From an uncultured Trueperaceae bacterium (lineage in GTDB: Bacteria; Deinococcota; Deinococci; Deinococcales; Trueperaceae), in contig CAWFFU010000010.1 of the NCBI GenBank assembly GCA_963815215.1, positions 192,001-256,000 on the forward strand: 64,000 nt of DNA. Reading direction: 5' to 3'. Both the position numbers and the translations under genes were made by a program. The first letter of the stretch is position 1; the number at the start of each line of letters is the position of its first letter. Under the pieces are notes generated by a model, which saw only the letters and a list, made by a program, of their open reading frames with translations, was not told the origin of the DNA and ran no database searches. Shown piece after piece: positions 48,322 to 57,993 of this stretch.

Positions 48322-49377
48322 ATGGAACCAGAACCGGCCGTCGCGCCGATCCGCCTGACGCACACGGTGAAGAAGGGTGGTTGTGCCGCCAAGATCGCCG
48401 CGGGGACCCTGAGCGACCTGCTGCGTTCGCTGCCGCGCCAGAGCCACCCGGACCTGCTGGTGGGCAACGACATGCTCGACGACGCGGCAGTGTGGCGCGT
48501 CTCGAACGACGTTGCGATGATCCAGACGCTGGATTTCTTCACCCCGATCCTCGACGACCCCAGCGACTTCGGTGCGGTGGCGGCGGCCAACGCACTCTCC
48601 GACGTGTTCGCCATGGGGGGTACGCCGACCACGGCCCTCACGATCCTGGCCTACCCCCTCGGCATCCTGCCCGATGAGGTCCTGGGCAGCCTGATGGCCG
48701 GGGCGGTGGCCGCCATCAACGACGCCGGCGCCTTCCTGGTGGGCGGCCACTCCATCGAGGACGACACCCTCAAGCTGGGCTTCAGCGTGACCGGACTCGT
48801 CCACCCGGACCGGCTCTGGAGCAACACCGGCGCGCGCCCCGGCGACGTGCTGATCCTCACCAAGGCCGTCGGCACCGGCACGCTCGCGGGCGCGCTCAAG
48901 AACGATGAGATCGCACCCGAGGTCATGGCGCCGGCCATCGCCTCGATGCGACAGGTCAACCGTCTCGACCTGGACGACGGTCTCCACGCCGCTGTCCACG
49001 CCGCCACCGATGTGACCGGCTTCGGCGTGCTGGGGCATGCGCTTCACGTGGCTGAAGGCTCGGGCGTGACGCTGCGCATCGACACCGGCGCGTTGCCATT
49101 GCTGCCCGGCGCCGAGGACACGCTCAGGCGCGGAATCGTCACCAAGGCGCATACCAGCAATGACCGTTATGTGCGGGAGCGGGTGAGCGGTCGCGAGCGC
49201 GTGGACGGGGTGCGCTGGCTGACTGCGGTGGATCCGCAGACGAGCGGAGGCCTGTTGCTCAGCGTTGCCCCGGAGCGCGCTGCGGAGCTGCTGGCAGTCG
49301 TGGGCGAGCGGTTCCCGGCGGCGCGGGTGATGGGTGAGGTGACGGTGCGAGGCGCGCGGCCGCTCGAGGTGGTCTGA
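48322..49377 (+). CDS. selD: Selenide, water dikinase (Cys form)
   Basis: GGCAAK, DDAAV, QTLDFFTP, ANALSDV.AMGG, GGHS, TDVTGFG and DPQTSGGLL motifs. Confidence 0.94.
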   Translation: MEPEPAVAPIRLTHTVKKGGCAAKIAAGTLSDLLRSLPRQSHPDLLVGNDMLDDAAVWRVSNDVAMIQTLDFFTPILDDPSDFGAVAAANALSDVFAMGGTPTTALTILAYPLGILPDEVLGSLMAGAVAAINDAGAFLVGGHSIEDDTLKLGFSVTGLVHPDRLWSNTGARPGDVLILTKAVGTGTLAGALKNDEIAPEVMAPAIASMRQVNRLDLDDGLHAAVHAATDVTGFGVLGHALHVAEGSGVTLRIDTGALPLLPGAEDTLRRGIVTKAHTSNDRYVRERVSGRERVDGVRWLTAVDPQTSGGLLLSVAPERAAELLAVVGERFPAARVMGEVTVRGARPLEVV

Positions 49378-49389
49378 CCGGGCGCGCGC

Positions 49390-49590
49390 TCACGGCTCGC
49401 CCCCCTCGTCGGTGACGATGCCGCGCAGGGCGATGAAGTCGGCCAGATCCTTGGCGGACGTGAAGTACGCAGCGGCACCGCTGGCGACGTCGCGCACCGA
49501 GCCGCGCAGGGCGGGCGGGCCGGACGAGGCGGGCTCGTGCCACACGCGCACGACGAACACCCACTGCTTGCGTCTGCCGGCATCGTCCAC
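49390..49590 (-). CDS. Conserved-looking 66-aa hypothetical protein
   Basis: GGGAGG RBS before GTG; compact FVVRVW..LRGSV.DV.SG...YF....L..F pattern; own promoter upstream. Confidence 0.75.
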   Translation of the reverse strand: MDDAGRRKQWVFVVRVWHEPASSGPPALRGSVRDVASGAAAYFTSAKDLADFIALRGIVTDEGGEP

Positions 49591-49622
49591 GTCCGCCCTC
49601 CCAGCGTTCGACTCCCGCGCCC

Positions 49623-49659
49623 ACTATGGCGGGGCGGCGTCTAGGCAGCGTCTAGCGCC
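49623..49659 (-). promoter_or_regulatory. SARP-type promoter: 2 x CTAGACG at 11-bp period, 9 nt, -10 CATAGT
   Basis: + strand CGTCTAG at 49638 and 49649; ACTATG at 49623-49628. Confidence 0.75.
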
Positions 49660-49682
49660 GCACCCGGCACGCCCTGCGGCCG

Positions 49683-52600
49683 TCACGGCCAGGGAGCGCC
49701 GTCGACGGCCGCCGCGATCTCACGGTTGAACTCCATAGCCAGGAACGCAGCGTGCGCGGGCGCGTCGTCGATCGCCTCGGCCATCGTGCGCAGGCGCTCG
49801 CCGGCGCGTCGCGCCAGCGCCCGCGCGGCCGCCTCCTCGCCCTGGGCGTGACGGACGCGCGCCGCGACCCACGCGACCTGTTGCGGGTGGAGCAGCTCGT
49901 CGTCGCGCTTCTCCAGCAGCTCCAGGAGCTCGTCGGCAGCGGCCGACGCCTGCTCCAGGTGACCCTCCCCGAGGTAGGCCAGCGCAAGCTCGCACAGCGC
50001 GTTGGCGGAGCTCGCGTCACGTCCCAGGCGCCGCTCGATGGCCAGCGCCTGGCACAGGTGCTCGATGGCGTCGGCGCGTGCCCCCAGGTGGCGCTCGGCG
50101 TCGCCGAGATTGCTGAGGGCGGAGGCCGCCAGCAGATCGTTGCCGGACTCCCGCGCCAGCGCCAGTGCGCGCAGCGCCGCGCGGCGTGCGTCCTCGTGGC
50201 GGTGCCCGTATAGCAGAGCCGATGAGCCGTTCAGCACGCACAGCGTCTCGCCACGTCGGTCGCCGAGCCGCGCGAACAAGCGCTCGGCGCGCTCCAGTCG
50301 CTCGGCCGCGGCGGCGTGATCGCCCAGCCGCAGGTCGAGCACGCCGCGGTTGAGCGAGACCGCGGCCAGGCCCTGGGGCCTCTCGAGTTCCCGGTAGAGT
50401 CTCTCGGCGACGCGGTAGTGCGCCTTCGCCTCCGCCAGGCGCGTCAGGCGGGCGGCGCTCACCGCGCGGTACTGGTGGGCGTCGGCCTCCAGGCTGCGGT
50501 CGCCTGTGTCGAGGGCGAGACGGAGCATGCGGGCGGCGAGGTCGAAAGCGTCCTCATAGGCTTCCTCGCCGATGGCGGCCTGCAGGGCGGCGCGCACGGC
50601 CTCCGCCACGAGCTCGGGCTCGTCGGCTGCGCCTGCCTGCTGGGCCGCGTCGAGCCGCTGCCGGACCTGTTCGGGCCGGCCGGCCGCGAGCGCTACGTGG
50701 ACCCCGAGACAGGCTGTGGCGAGGCTCAGGCGCCGGTCGTGGACCCGCTCGGCCAGCGCCGTGGCTTCGCTCAGGCGCTGTTCGGCGGCCGATGGGTTGC
50801 CCAGTGCCAGATCGTAGCGGGCGCGCAGCAGCGCCGAGCGCGCCAGCCACGCTGGACGGCCGTCGGCGGTTGCGCGGTGCGCCAGGCGCTCCAGGACCTC
50901 CGCTTCGGCGGCGCGTTGGCCCAACTCGCGCAGCAGCGCTACCCGCCGGTCATCGGCATCGAAGGACGCCTGTTCGTCGCCAAGCGCTTCTGCCAGGGCG
51001 CTCATGGCGTCGAGCTGGAGGCGCTGCTGCTCGCGGTCCCCGCGCCGGCGTGCGGCGTCCTCGGCCAGCCGGTGCAGCTCGATGCGCAGCCGCGGATCGT
51101 GCGCCAGCGTCAACGACCAGGAGGCCAGGCTGCGCGCCTCTTCGCCGGCGCCCGCCTCCAGAGCCTCGCGGGCCGCCCGTAGCCCGTGCCGGGCGGCCCG
51201 ATCGGGCTCACCCCCGCGGTCGAAGTGCCTGGCCAGCGTGGCGGCGCTCGCGTCCGACGTGCCGGCGCGCTCCAGCGCCTGCGCGGCGCGGCGATGGTAG
51301 CGGGCGCGGGCCGAGGGGTCGACGCTCCGGTAGATGGCCTCGCGCATGAGCTGATGGCCGAAGGTGAAGGAACCGGCGCGCCGTTCGCGCACCAGGCGGG
51401 CGTCGAGCAAGAGGTCCAGGGCGTCGAGGGTCTCGCGCTCGTTCCAGGCCAGTACGTCGCGCACCGTTTCGAGGCGGAAGCTCTCGCCCACCACGGCCGC
51501 CGCCCCCGCGAAGGTGCGCGCTTCGGGGGCGAGGCGCTCCAGGCGCGCGGTGACCCGGCGGCGCACGCCGTCTGGGACCACTTCCGACCAGCCCGATCCG
51601 GTGCGCGGCTGCATCGGGGCGCCGGGCGCGGCGGTGGCGTCGTCTCCGCCGGTGTCGGCGGCCGCCTCGTGGAGCAGCTCCGAGATCAGCAGCGGATTGC
51701 CGGCGCTGGCTGCTTCCAGCGCCGCCACCACCTCGGGCGCGACCGGCGCCGGCTCGAGCCGCGCCAGGAGTGTCGCGATGACCGCCGTGTCGAGCCCGGC
51801 GAGCGCGATCGCATCGAGGGAGCCGGCCTCCTCCAGCCGGCGTCGCAGGGCGCGCAGCGGATGGTCCGGTCCGAGGTGATCGTCGCGGTAGGTCGCGACG
51901 ATCAACAGCGGGGCGCCACCGGCGCGCCGCGCGAGGTGCTCGAGCAGGGCCGTGCTCGCTTCACCGGCGCCGTGCAGATCCTCCAGCACCAGCAGTAGGG
52001 GACGTGTGCCCGCCAGGTCGAGCAGCGCACGGCCGACGGCATGGAAGAGGCGGGCGCGCTCCCGGTCGGGCGGCAGCTCCGGGAGCGGCGGTCCGGCAGG
52101 CGACGCCGGTGCCGCTGCCGGCAGCGCCCAGGCGAGCACCCGTCGCCACGGAGCGCTCCTGTCGCCGGCGCTGACCAACAGGTCGAAGACCGGACGCAGC
52201 GCCTCGGCTATCGCCTGGTACGGGCTCGCCTCCGGCTCGGAAGTGCCCCCCACCAGGACCCTGCCTTCGTCCGTCTCCGCCCGCTGCGCGAGCCGCCGTA
52301 GCAGCCTGCTCTTGCCGATCCCGGCGGGCCCTGCCAGCAGCACCAGGCCGCCGCGGCCGGCACGGGCGCGGTCCCAGCGTTCGCTCAGCGCCGCGAGCTC
52401 GCGCGCGCGTCCGGCGAAGGGGAGTAGCGGCGGAGCGCCGGCGCGGGCGGGTGGCGCCGCGCGTGGTGGGTCCAGCTCGCGCACCAGCGCCTCGAACAGC
52501 GCGCGCGTCTGCTCCATGGGCTCCACGCGGAGCTCGTTGGCCAGCAGCTCGGAGAACCGTTCGTAGACGGCCAGCGCCCCCGCCCGGTCGCCGGCCCCGT

Positions 52601-53177
52601 GACGGACGCGCATCGCCAGCCGCACGGCGTCCTCGCGCAGGGGATCCTCCCGGAGCAGCCGGTCCAGCACCGCCAGCGCTTCCGGACCGCGGCCGGTCTC
52701 GAGGTGGCGTTCGGCCAGCTCCAGCAGCACGCCGAGCAGCACGGCACGCAGGCGTTCGCGTTCGACGAGCAGCCACTCGTCGTCGTGGCCCACCAGGAGA
52801 TGTCCGGTGTAGAGGGCGGCGGCGCGCTCGACGTCTCCGCGGGCGGCCGCCTTTTCGAACGCGCATGCGTCGACCCACAGGTCGGCGTCGCGGTCGAGTC
52901 CGACGCGGGAGCCGTCGGTGAGCACCCACGTGCCGGCTTCAGGATCGGGCAGCGCCTGCTTGAGGTAGTGGAGGTGCCGTCGGAGGTTGGTGCGCGCCTC
53001 GTCGGGGTCGCTGTCGGGCCACAGCGCCTCGGCGACCGTGCGCCGGTCCTGCGGCGTCGGGTGCAGCGCCAGGTAGGCCAGCAACGGACCGGTGCGGGGG
53101 GGAGCGGAGAGTGGGAGGGGCCGGTTGTCGACAGCGACCCTGAGCGGGCCGAACAGATACACCCGTATCCTTCCCAC
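49683..53177 (-). CDS. SARP/AfsR-like regulator: wHTH + BTAD + STAND/AAA ATPase + TPR
   Basis: LFGPL..LLAYLAL..LWPD..NLRRHL..VD..FE..LYTG.LL..W...RERL..DPLRE (BTAD); Walker A GPAGIGKS; Walker B LVLEDLH; C-terminal TPR-like helices; GTG 53177 with GGAGG. Confidence 0.9.
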   Translation of the reverse strand: MGRIRVYLFGPLRVAVDNRPLPLSAPPRTGPLLAYLALHPTPQDRRTVAEALWPDSDPDEARTNLRRHLHYLKQALPDPEAGTWVLTDGSRVGLDRDADLWVDACAFEKAAARGDVERAAALYTGHLLVGHDDEWLLVERERLRAVLLGVLLELAERHLETGRGPEALAVLDRLLREDPLREDAVRLAMRVRHGAGDRAGALAVYERFSELLANELRVEPMEQTRALFEALVRELDPPRAAPPARAGAPPLLPFAGRARELAALSERWDRARAGRGGLVLLAGPAGIGKSRLLRRLAQRAETDEGRVLVGGTSEPEASPYQAIAEALRPVFDLLVSAGDRSAPWRRVLAWALPAAAPASPAGPPLPELPPDRERARLFHAVGRALLDLAGTRPLLLVLEDLHGAGEASTALLEHLARRAGGAPLLIVATYRDDHLGPDHPLRALRRRLEEAGSLDAIALAGLDTAVIATLLARLEPAPVAPEVVAALEAASAGNPLLISELLHEAAADTGGDDATAAPGAPMQPRTGSGWSEVVPDGVRRRVTARLERLAPEARTFAGAAAVVGESFRLETVRDVLAWNERETLDALDLLLDARLVRERRAGSFTFGHQLMREAIYRSVDPSARARYHRRAAQALERAGTSDASAATLARHFDRGGEPDRAARHGLRAAREALEAGAGEEARSLASWSLTLAHDPRLRIELHRLAEDAARRRGDREQQRLQLDAMSALAEALGDEQASFDADDRRVALLRELGQRAAEAEVLERLAHRATADGRPAWLARSALLRARYDLALGNPSAAEQRLSEATALAERVHDRRLSLATACLGVHVALAAGRPEQVRQRLDAAQQAGAADEPELVAEAVRAALQAAIGEEAYEDAFDLAARMLRLALDTGDRSLEADAHQYRAVSAARLTRLAEAKAHYRVAERLYRELERPQGLAAVSLNRGVLDLRLGDHAAAAERLERAERLFARLGDRRGETLCVLNGSSALLYGHRHEDARRAALRALALARESGNDLLAASALSNLGDAERHLGARADAIEHLCQALAIERRLGRDASSANALCELALAYLGEGHLEQASAAADELLELLEKRDDELLHPQQVAWVAARVRHAQGEEAAARALARRAGERLRTMAEAIDDAPAHAAFLAMEFNREIAAAVDGAPWP

Positions 53178-53276
53178 CCCCCTCCGATGTGGATGGCGAC
53201 ACCCTAGCACCGCCGCGTGCAGCACGGCGGGGCGGATGTCGCATCGGTTCGGAGGGCGCTCAGGCGGGCGGGTGGG

Positions 53277-53600
53277 TCAGTTCTTGGAAGGGTGGGCGCG
53301 CTCGAGCAGCATCGCCACCGACACCGGCTCGCGCGGCTGGAGCCCGTCGATGAGGCCGTCACGGGCGACGAAGGCGGCCACCTTCTCGTACGCCTGCTGC
53401 GCTTCCTCGGCGCTCTCGCTGTCGAACAGCACGGCCTCGCGGCCTGACGGCAGGACGGCGACCAGCTCCAGGTAGTCGGGCTCGAGCGCGTCGTCCTCGA
53501 CGCCGTCGAGATCGGTGCCTTCGGGGAAGACCTCCAGCAACTCGATGCTCTCCACCAGCGCGAGGTTGATGAGCTTGGCGTCCAGCGTCCACATCCACAC
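53277..53600 (-). CDS. Acidic hypothetical protein
   Basis: AAGGAG RBS before GTG 53600; typical codon usage; no family recognised. Confidence 0.7.
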   Translation of the reverse strand: MWMWTLDAKLINLALVESIELLEVFPEGTDLDGVEDDALEPDYLELVAVLPSGREAVLFDSESAEEAQQAYEKVAAFVARDGLIDGLQPREPVSVAMLLERAHPSKN

Positions 53601-53721
53601 GGTTCCGTCTCCTTGGGCCGCCGCCGGGCCACGGCCGACGCGGATCATCCGCGAGCCGTTGCGGCGCGTCCGCGCCAGAGCATAGCGCACCGCAGGGAAG
53701 CTCCGCACGGGGCAGGCGCTC

Positions 53722-54543
53722 TCACGAGATCGGTCCCAGCCGCTCGATCTCCAGGGCGCGCCCGCCGCGCACCCGCACCAGCACCGCGCCGAGCTCCGCC
53801 GGTCCCTGCGCGAAGCCGCCGCGCCCGCGCACCGGACGGCGGTGCCGAAGGGCGTCCACGAAGACCTCCGGAGCGTAGCCCTGCATGCCGCCGCTCGGCC
53901 CCGTCATGCCGACGTCGCTGACGAAGGCGGTGCCGCCCGGCAGGACCCGCTCGTCACGCGTGGCCACGTGCGTGTGCGTGCCCAGCACGGCGGCGACCCG
54001 CCCGGCCACCGACCAGGCGAAGATCTGCTTCTCGCTGACCGACTCGCCGTGGAAGTCGACCAGCACAACGTCGACCGGGTCCTCGCTCCAGCGCTCGAGC
54101 AGCCGCACGAGCGCCTCGAAGGGGGGCCCGACCCCGGGCATGGCGGTCGCGCTGAGCAGGCTGACCACGCCCAGCCGGATCCCCGCGCGTTGAACGACCA
54201 CCGCGCCGCGCCCGGGCGCCTCGCCGGCGACGTTGAGCGGCCGCGCCACCTCGGGCTCGGCCAGGGCCGCCACCGTCTCGGCGCTGTCCCAGGAGTGGTT
54301 GCCGCCGGTGATGGCGTCGACACCGAGGGCGCGCAGGCGCTCCACGTCGTGCCGCGTCATGCCGGCGCCCGCCACCGGGTTCTCCCCCGTGAGCGAGGCG
54401 TTCTCGGCGTTGGCGACCACGAAGTCGGGGTGCAGCCGGCACCGCAGATCGGGGAGCATCTCGGCCAGCAGATCGAGGCCGGCGTCACCGACGATATCGC
54501 CGATGAACAGCAGGCGGGTGTCGCGTTCGGCGGGTACGGCCAT
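53722..54543 (-). CDS. YmdB-like metallophosphoesterase (2',3'-cyclic nucleotide phosphodiesterase family)
   Basis: LFIGDIVG, ANAEN, TGGNH.WD, DFHGE..SEK, GTHTHV and SDVGMTG motifs. Confidence 0.9.
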   Translation of the reverse strand: MAVPAERDTRLLFIGDIVGDAGLDLLAEMLPDLRCRLHPDFVVANAENASLTGENPVAGAGMTRHDVERLRALGVDAITGGNHSWDSAETVAALAEPEVARPLNVAGEAPGRGAVVVQRAGIRLGVVSLLSATAMPGVGPPFEALVRLLERWSEDPVDVVLVDFHGESVSEKQIFAWSVAGRVAAVLGTHTHVATRDERVLPGGTAFVSDVGMTGPSGGMQGYAPEVFVDALRHRRPVRGRGGFAQGPAELGAVLVRVRGGRALEIERLGPIS

Positions 54544-54615
54544 GCTCGAGGCCAGTGTCGCACGTCCCGACGCGTAAGAGTTTCGTGAACGCCGGCTCCT
54601 TACACTCCGGACACG

Positions 54616-56325
54616 ATGCGACGCCTGCTCTTCCTGGTCGCTCCCCCGATCTTCTGGTGTGCCTACGTGGTGGATTTCCCGTTTCTCTACGGCCACTTCG
54701 GTGACCACACGCGGCTGGTGGGGCTGATGCTGGTCGGGGTCACCGCATGGCTGTGGGGGACCCCCGGCGGACTGCTCAACGGCCTCATCGGGTTGGTGTT
54801 GAGCGAGGGCCTGGTGTCGGTGATGCACGGCGGCGCCTTCAACCTGCCCTCGATCACGGGCAACGACGACCTGTTCAAGGCGCTCGCCTTCGGCGGGGCG
54901 GGCCTGGGCTTCGGCTTCCTGCGCAGTGCACGCGACCAGATAGCGCACCATCGCAGCACCTTCGAGCTGGCTCAGCTCGACCCGTTGACCGGCCTGCTCA
55001 ACCGGGCGGGCTTCCAGGAGAAGCTCACCGAGGTGCTGGACGAGGCCCGCGAGGAAGGCACCCTGGTGGCCTTCCTGTTCGTCGACCTCGACCGCTTCAA
55101 GTTCGTCAACGACACCTACGGCCACGAGGTCGGGGACGCGCTCCTCATGGAGGTCGGCCGGGCGCTCCGCGACAACGTGCGCGAGGTGGACCTGGTGGGG
55201 CGGCTCGGTGGGGACGAGTTCACCGTGGCCCTGCTCCACCTCCACGACGCCAAGGACGCCAGCCTGGTAGCGCGCAACCTGGTGCGCGTGCTGAGCGCGC
55301 CGTTGTCGATCGACGACCGCGAGCTGCGCATCTCCGCCAGCGTCGGCGTCAGCCTCTTCCCGCGCGACGGCGACACCGTCGAGGCGCTGACCCGAAGCGC
55401 CGACACGGCCATGTATGAGGTCAAGGACGGCGGCAAGAACTCCTTCCACTTCTCCTCGATCGAGATGCGTACGCGCGTCAGCCGCAGGCTCGAGCTGGAG
55501 CGCGAGCTGCGCGACGCCATCACCAACCAGGAGTTCGAGCTGGTCTACCAGCCGCAGGTGGAGCTGGAATCGGGTCGGCTGGTGGCGTTCGAGGCGCTCT
55601 TACGTTGGACCAACCCGCAACTCGGCCGGGTCTCGCCCGGCGAGTTCATCCCGGTCGCGGAAGAGGCGGGTTCCATCGGCAAGCTCGGTCACTGGATCCT
55701 GCGCGAGGCCTGCTTCCAGTCGCGGGCCTGGCAGAAGGCGGGCCTGAGGCCGGTACGCATGGCGGTGAACGTGTCCACGCTGCAGTTCCGCCAATTCGGC
55801 TTCCTCGCCACCATCCAGGGCGCCCTGGCCGACAGCGGCATCGACCCGTCGCTCCTCGAGATCGAGATCACCGAGAGCGTGCTCGCCAAGGAGTACGAGC
55901 TGGCCATGAACACCGTCACGCGGCTCGGGCGCATGGGGGTCCGCACGGCGCTCGACGATTTCGGCACCGGGTACTCGTCGCTGGCGTACCTGCAGCACCT
56001 GCCCATCGCCAGCCTGAAGATCGACCAGTCGTTCGTGATGGCGCTCCACAACGGTCCCGGGATCGATCACGTCAGCGCCGCCCCGATCGTCGAGGCGATC
56101 GTTGCGATGGCCCACAAGCTGCGCAAGAAGATCGTCGCGGAGGGAGTCGAGACCGACGCCCAACGCCGCTTCCTGCTGAAGCTCGGGGTGGACTACGCCC
56201 AGGGTTTCCACTTCGCCAAGCCCCTGACGCGGCAGCGCGCCGAGCGCCTCCTCGAACGCAACGAGCGCGACCGCGTGCCGATCTTAGACGCCCAGGACGC
56301 CACCCCCCTGTTGCTGCTCGATTGA
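54616..56325 (+). CDS. Membrane-anchored GGDEF-EAL protein
   Basis: N-terminal TMs; DPLTGLLNR, REVD I-site, RLGGDEF; FEALLRW, DDFGTGYSSL, KIDQSF and EGVET. Confidence 0.94.
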   Translation: MRRLLFLVAPPIFWCAYVVDFPFLYGHFGDHTRLVGLMLVGVTAWLWGTPGGLLNGLIGLVLSEGLVSVMHGGAFNLPSITGNDDLFKALAFGGAGLGFGFLRSARDQIAHHRSTFELAQLDPLTGLLNRAGFQEKLTEVLDEAREEGTLVAFLFVDLDRFKFVNDTYGHEVGDALLMEVGRALRDNVREVDLVGRLGGDEFTVALLHLHDAKDASLVARNLVRVLSAPLSIDDRELRISASVGVSLFPRDGDTVEALTRSADTAMYEVKDGGKNSFHFSSIEMRTRVSRRLELERELRDAITNQEFELVYQPQVELESGRLVAFEALLRWTNPQLGRVSPGEFIPVAEEAGSIGKLGHWILREACFQSRAWQKAGLRPVRMAVNVSTLQFRQFGFLATIQGALADSGIDPSLLEIEITESVLAKEYELAMNTVTRLGRMGVRTALDDFGTGYSSLAYLQHLPIASLKIDQSFVMALHNGPGIDHVSAAPIVEAIVAMAHKLRKKIVAEGVETDAQRRFLLKLGVDYAQGFHFAKPLTRQRAERLLERNERDRVPILDAQDATPLLLLD

Positions 56326-56409
56326 GGCCGAACGGAATCCGGTCGCGCACACTCGGTAGGATGGGACGCGGGTGCCGTCGGGCGGCGCTCCGCGAAAGGC
56401 AGGCGCACC

Positions 56410-57861
56410 ATGACCGACCAAGCTGCCGATATCGGCCTCATCGGCCTCGCCGTGATGGGGCAGAACCTCGTCCTCAACATGGAGGAGCACGGGTTCCGCG
56501 TGGCCGTGTACAACCGCACGCAACAGAAGACCGAAGCCTTCCTGGCGGGCCCCGCCCGCGGTCGCGCCATCCGCGGCGCGGGCAGCCTGGAGGCGCTGGT
56601 GGGCGCCCTCGAGCGGCCGCGCCGCGTCATGTTGATGGTGCAGGCGGGTCGCGCGGTGGACGCCGTGCTCGACGAGCTGGTCCCCTTGCTGGAGGAGGGC
56701 GACATCGTCATCGACGGCGGTAACTCCTTCTTCGAGGACACCATCCGTCGAGAGCGCGCGCTGCGCGAGCGGGGGCTGCACTACCTCGGCGCCGGCGTGT
56801 CCGGCGGCGAGGAGGGCGCCCGGCACGGCCCCTCGATCATGCCGGGCGGCCCTGCCGCGGCATGGGAGCCGGTGCGGCCCATCCTGCAGGCCATCGCCGC
56901 GCAGGTCGACGGCGAGCCCTGCTGCGACTGGCTGGGCGAGGACGGCGCCGGCCACTTCGTGAAGATGGTGCATAACGGCATCGAGTACGGCGACATGCAG
57001 CTCATCGCCGAGGCGTACGACCTGCTCCGGCACGGTGTCGGGCTGACACCTGCGGAGCTTCAGAAGGTGTTCGCGGGCTGGAACGAGGGCGACCTCGACT
57101 CCTACCTCATCGAGATCACCCGCGACATCCTGGGGACGTACGATGACGACGGGAAACTCGTTCTCGACGTCATCCTCGACGCGGCTGGGCAGAAGGGCAC
57201 CGGCCGCTGGACGGCGGTGACCGCACTGCACCAGGGGATCCCGGTGACGCTGGTCACCGAAGCGGTGTTCGCACGCTCGCTGTCGGCGCTGAAGGAGGAG
57301 CGGGTGGCGGCCGCCGAGCACCTGAGCGGGCCGGACGCGCGCTTCGAGGGGGATCGCGAGGCGTTCGTGGAGGACGTGGGCCGCGCGCTCTACGCGGCCA
57401 AGATCGCCAGCTACGCGCAGGGCTTCATGCTGCTCTCCGCCGCCGCCGCGGAGCACGGCTGGACGCTCGATCTGGGCAAGGTCGCGATGCTGTGGCGGGG
57501 CGGCTGCATCATCCGTTCCCGCTTCCTGCGCGACATCCGCGACGCCTACGCCGACGACCCGGCGCTCTCCAACCTGCTGCTCGCTCCCTACTTCCGCGAC
57601 GCCGTGGTCGGTGCTCAGGACGCCTGGAGGCGCGTGGTGGCACAGGGCGTTGCGCTGGGTATCGCGATGCCGGCGTTCTCGGCGGCGCTCGCGTTCTACG
57701 ACGGCTACCGGCGCGGCCGGCTGCCCGCCAACCTGATCCAGGCGCAGCGCGACTACTTCGGGGCGCATACCTTCGAGCGCGTCGACCGGCCGCGCGGCGA
57801 GTACACTCACTTCGACTGGACCGGGCACGGCATCGCCACCTCGGGGAGCTACCAGGCGTGA
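56410..57861 (+). CDS. gndA: NADP-dependent 6-phosphogluconate dehydrogenase, decarboxylating
   Basis: GLAVMG, VSGGEEGA, KMVHNGIEY, QKGTG, WRGGCII and QAQRDYFGAH motifs. Confidence 0.96.
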   Translation: MTDQAADIGLIGLAVMGQNLVLNMEEHGFRVAVYNRTQQKTEAFLAGPARGRAIRGAGSLEALVGALERPRRVMLMVQAGRAVDAVLDELVPLLEEGDIVIDGGNSFFEDTIRRERALRERGLHYLGAGVSGGEEGARHGPSIMPGGPAAAWEPVRPILQAIAAQVDGEPCCDWLGEDGAGHFVKMVHNGIEYGDMQLIAEAYDLLRHGVGLTPAELQKVFAGWNEGDLDSYLIEITRDILGTYDDDGKLVLDVILDAAGQKGTGRWTAVTALHQGIPVTLVTEAVFARSLSALKEERVAAAEHLSGPDARFEGDREAFVEDVGRALYAAKIASYAQGFMLLSAAAAEHGWTLDLGKVAMLWRGGCIIRSRFLRDIRDAYADDPALSNLLLAPYFRDAVVGAQDAWRRVVAQGVALGIAMPAFSAALAFYDGYRRGRLPANLIQAQRDYFGAHTFERVDRPRGEYTHFDWTGHGIATSGSYQA

Positions 57862-57993
57862 GGGTCCGCGCCCTGCGTGGGGCGCGTCGTCCGGCGTAGG
57901 AAGAACGTGCGGGGGGGCGTGCTACACTAGCTCCTTGCGGGTCGCGCGCCATGCCGCGCGCGGGGGCGCAGCCGGCGTTCCGGATGACCGGTC

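Noticed and set aside
48322..48400. Selenocysteine-containing SelD
   Set aside because: The active-site codon is TGT (Cys); there is no in-frame TGA.
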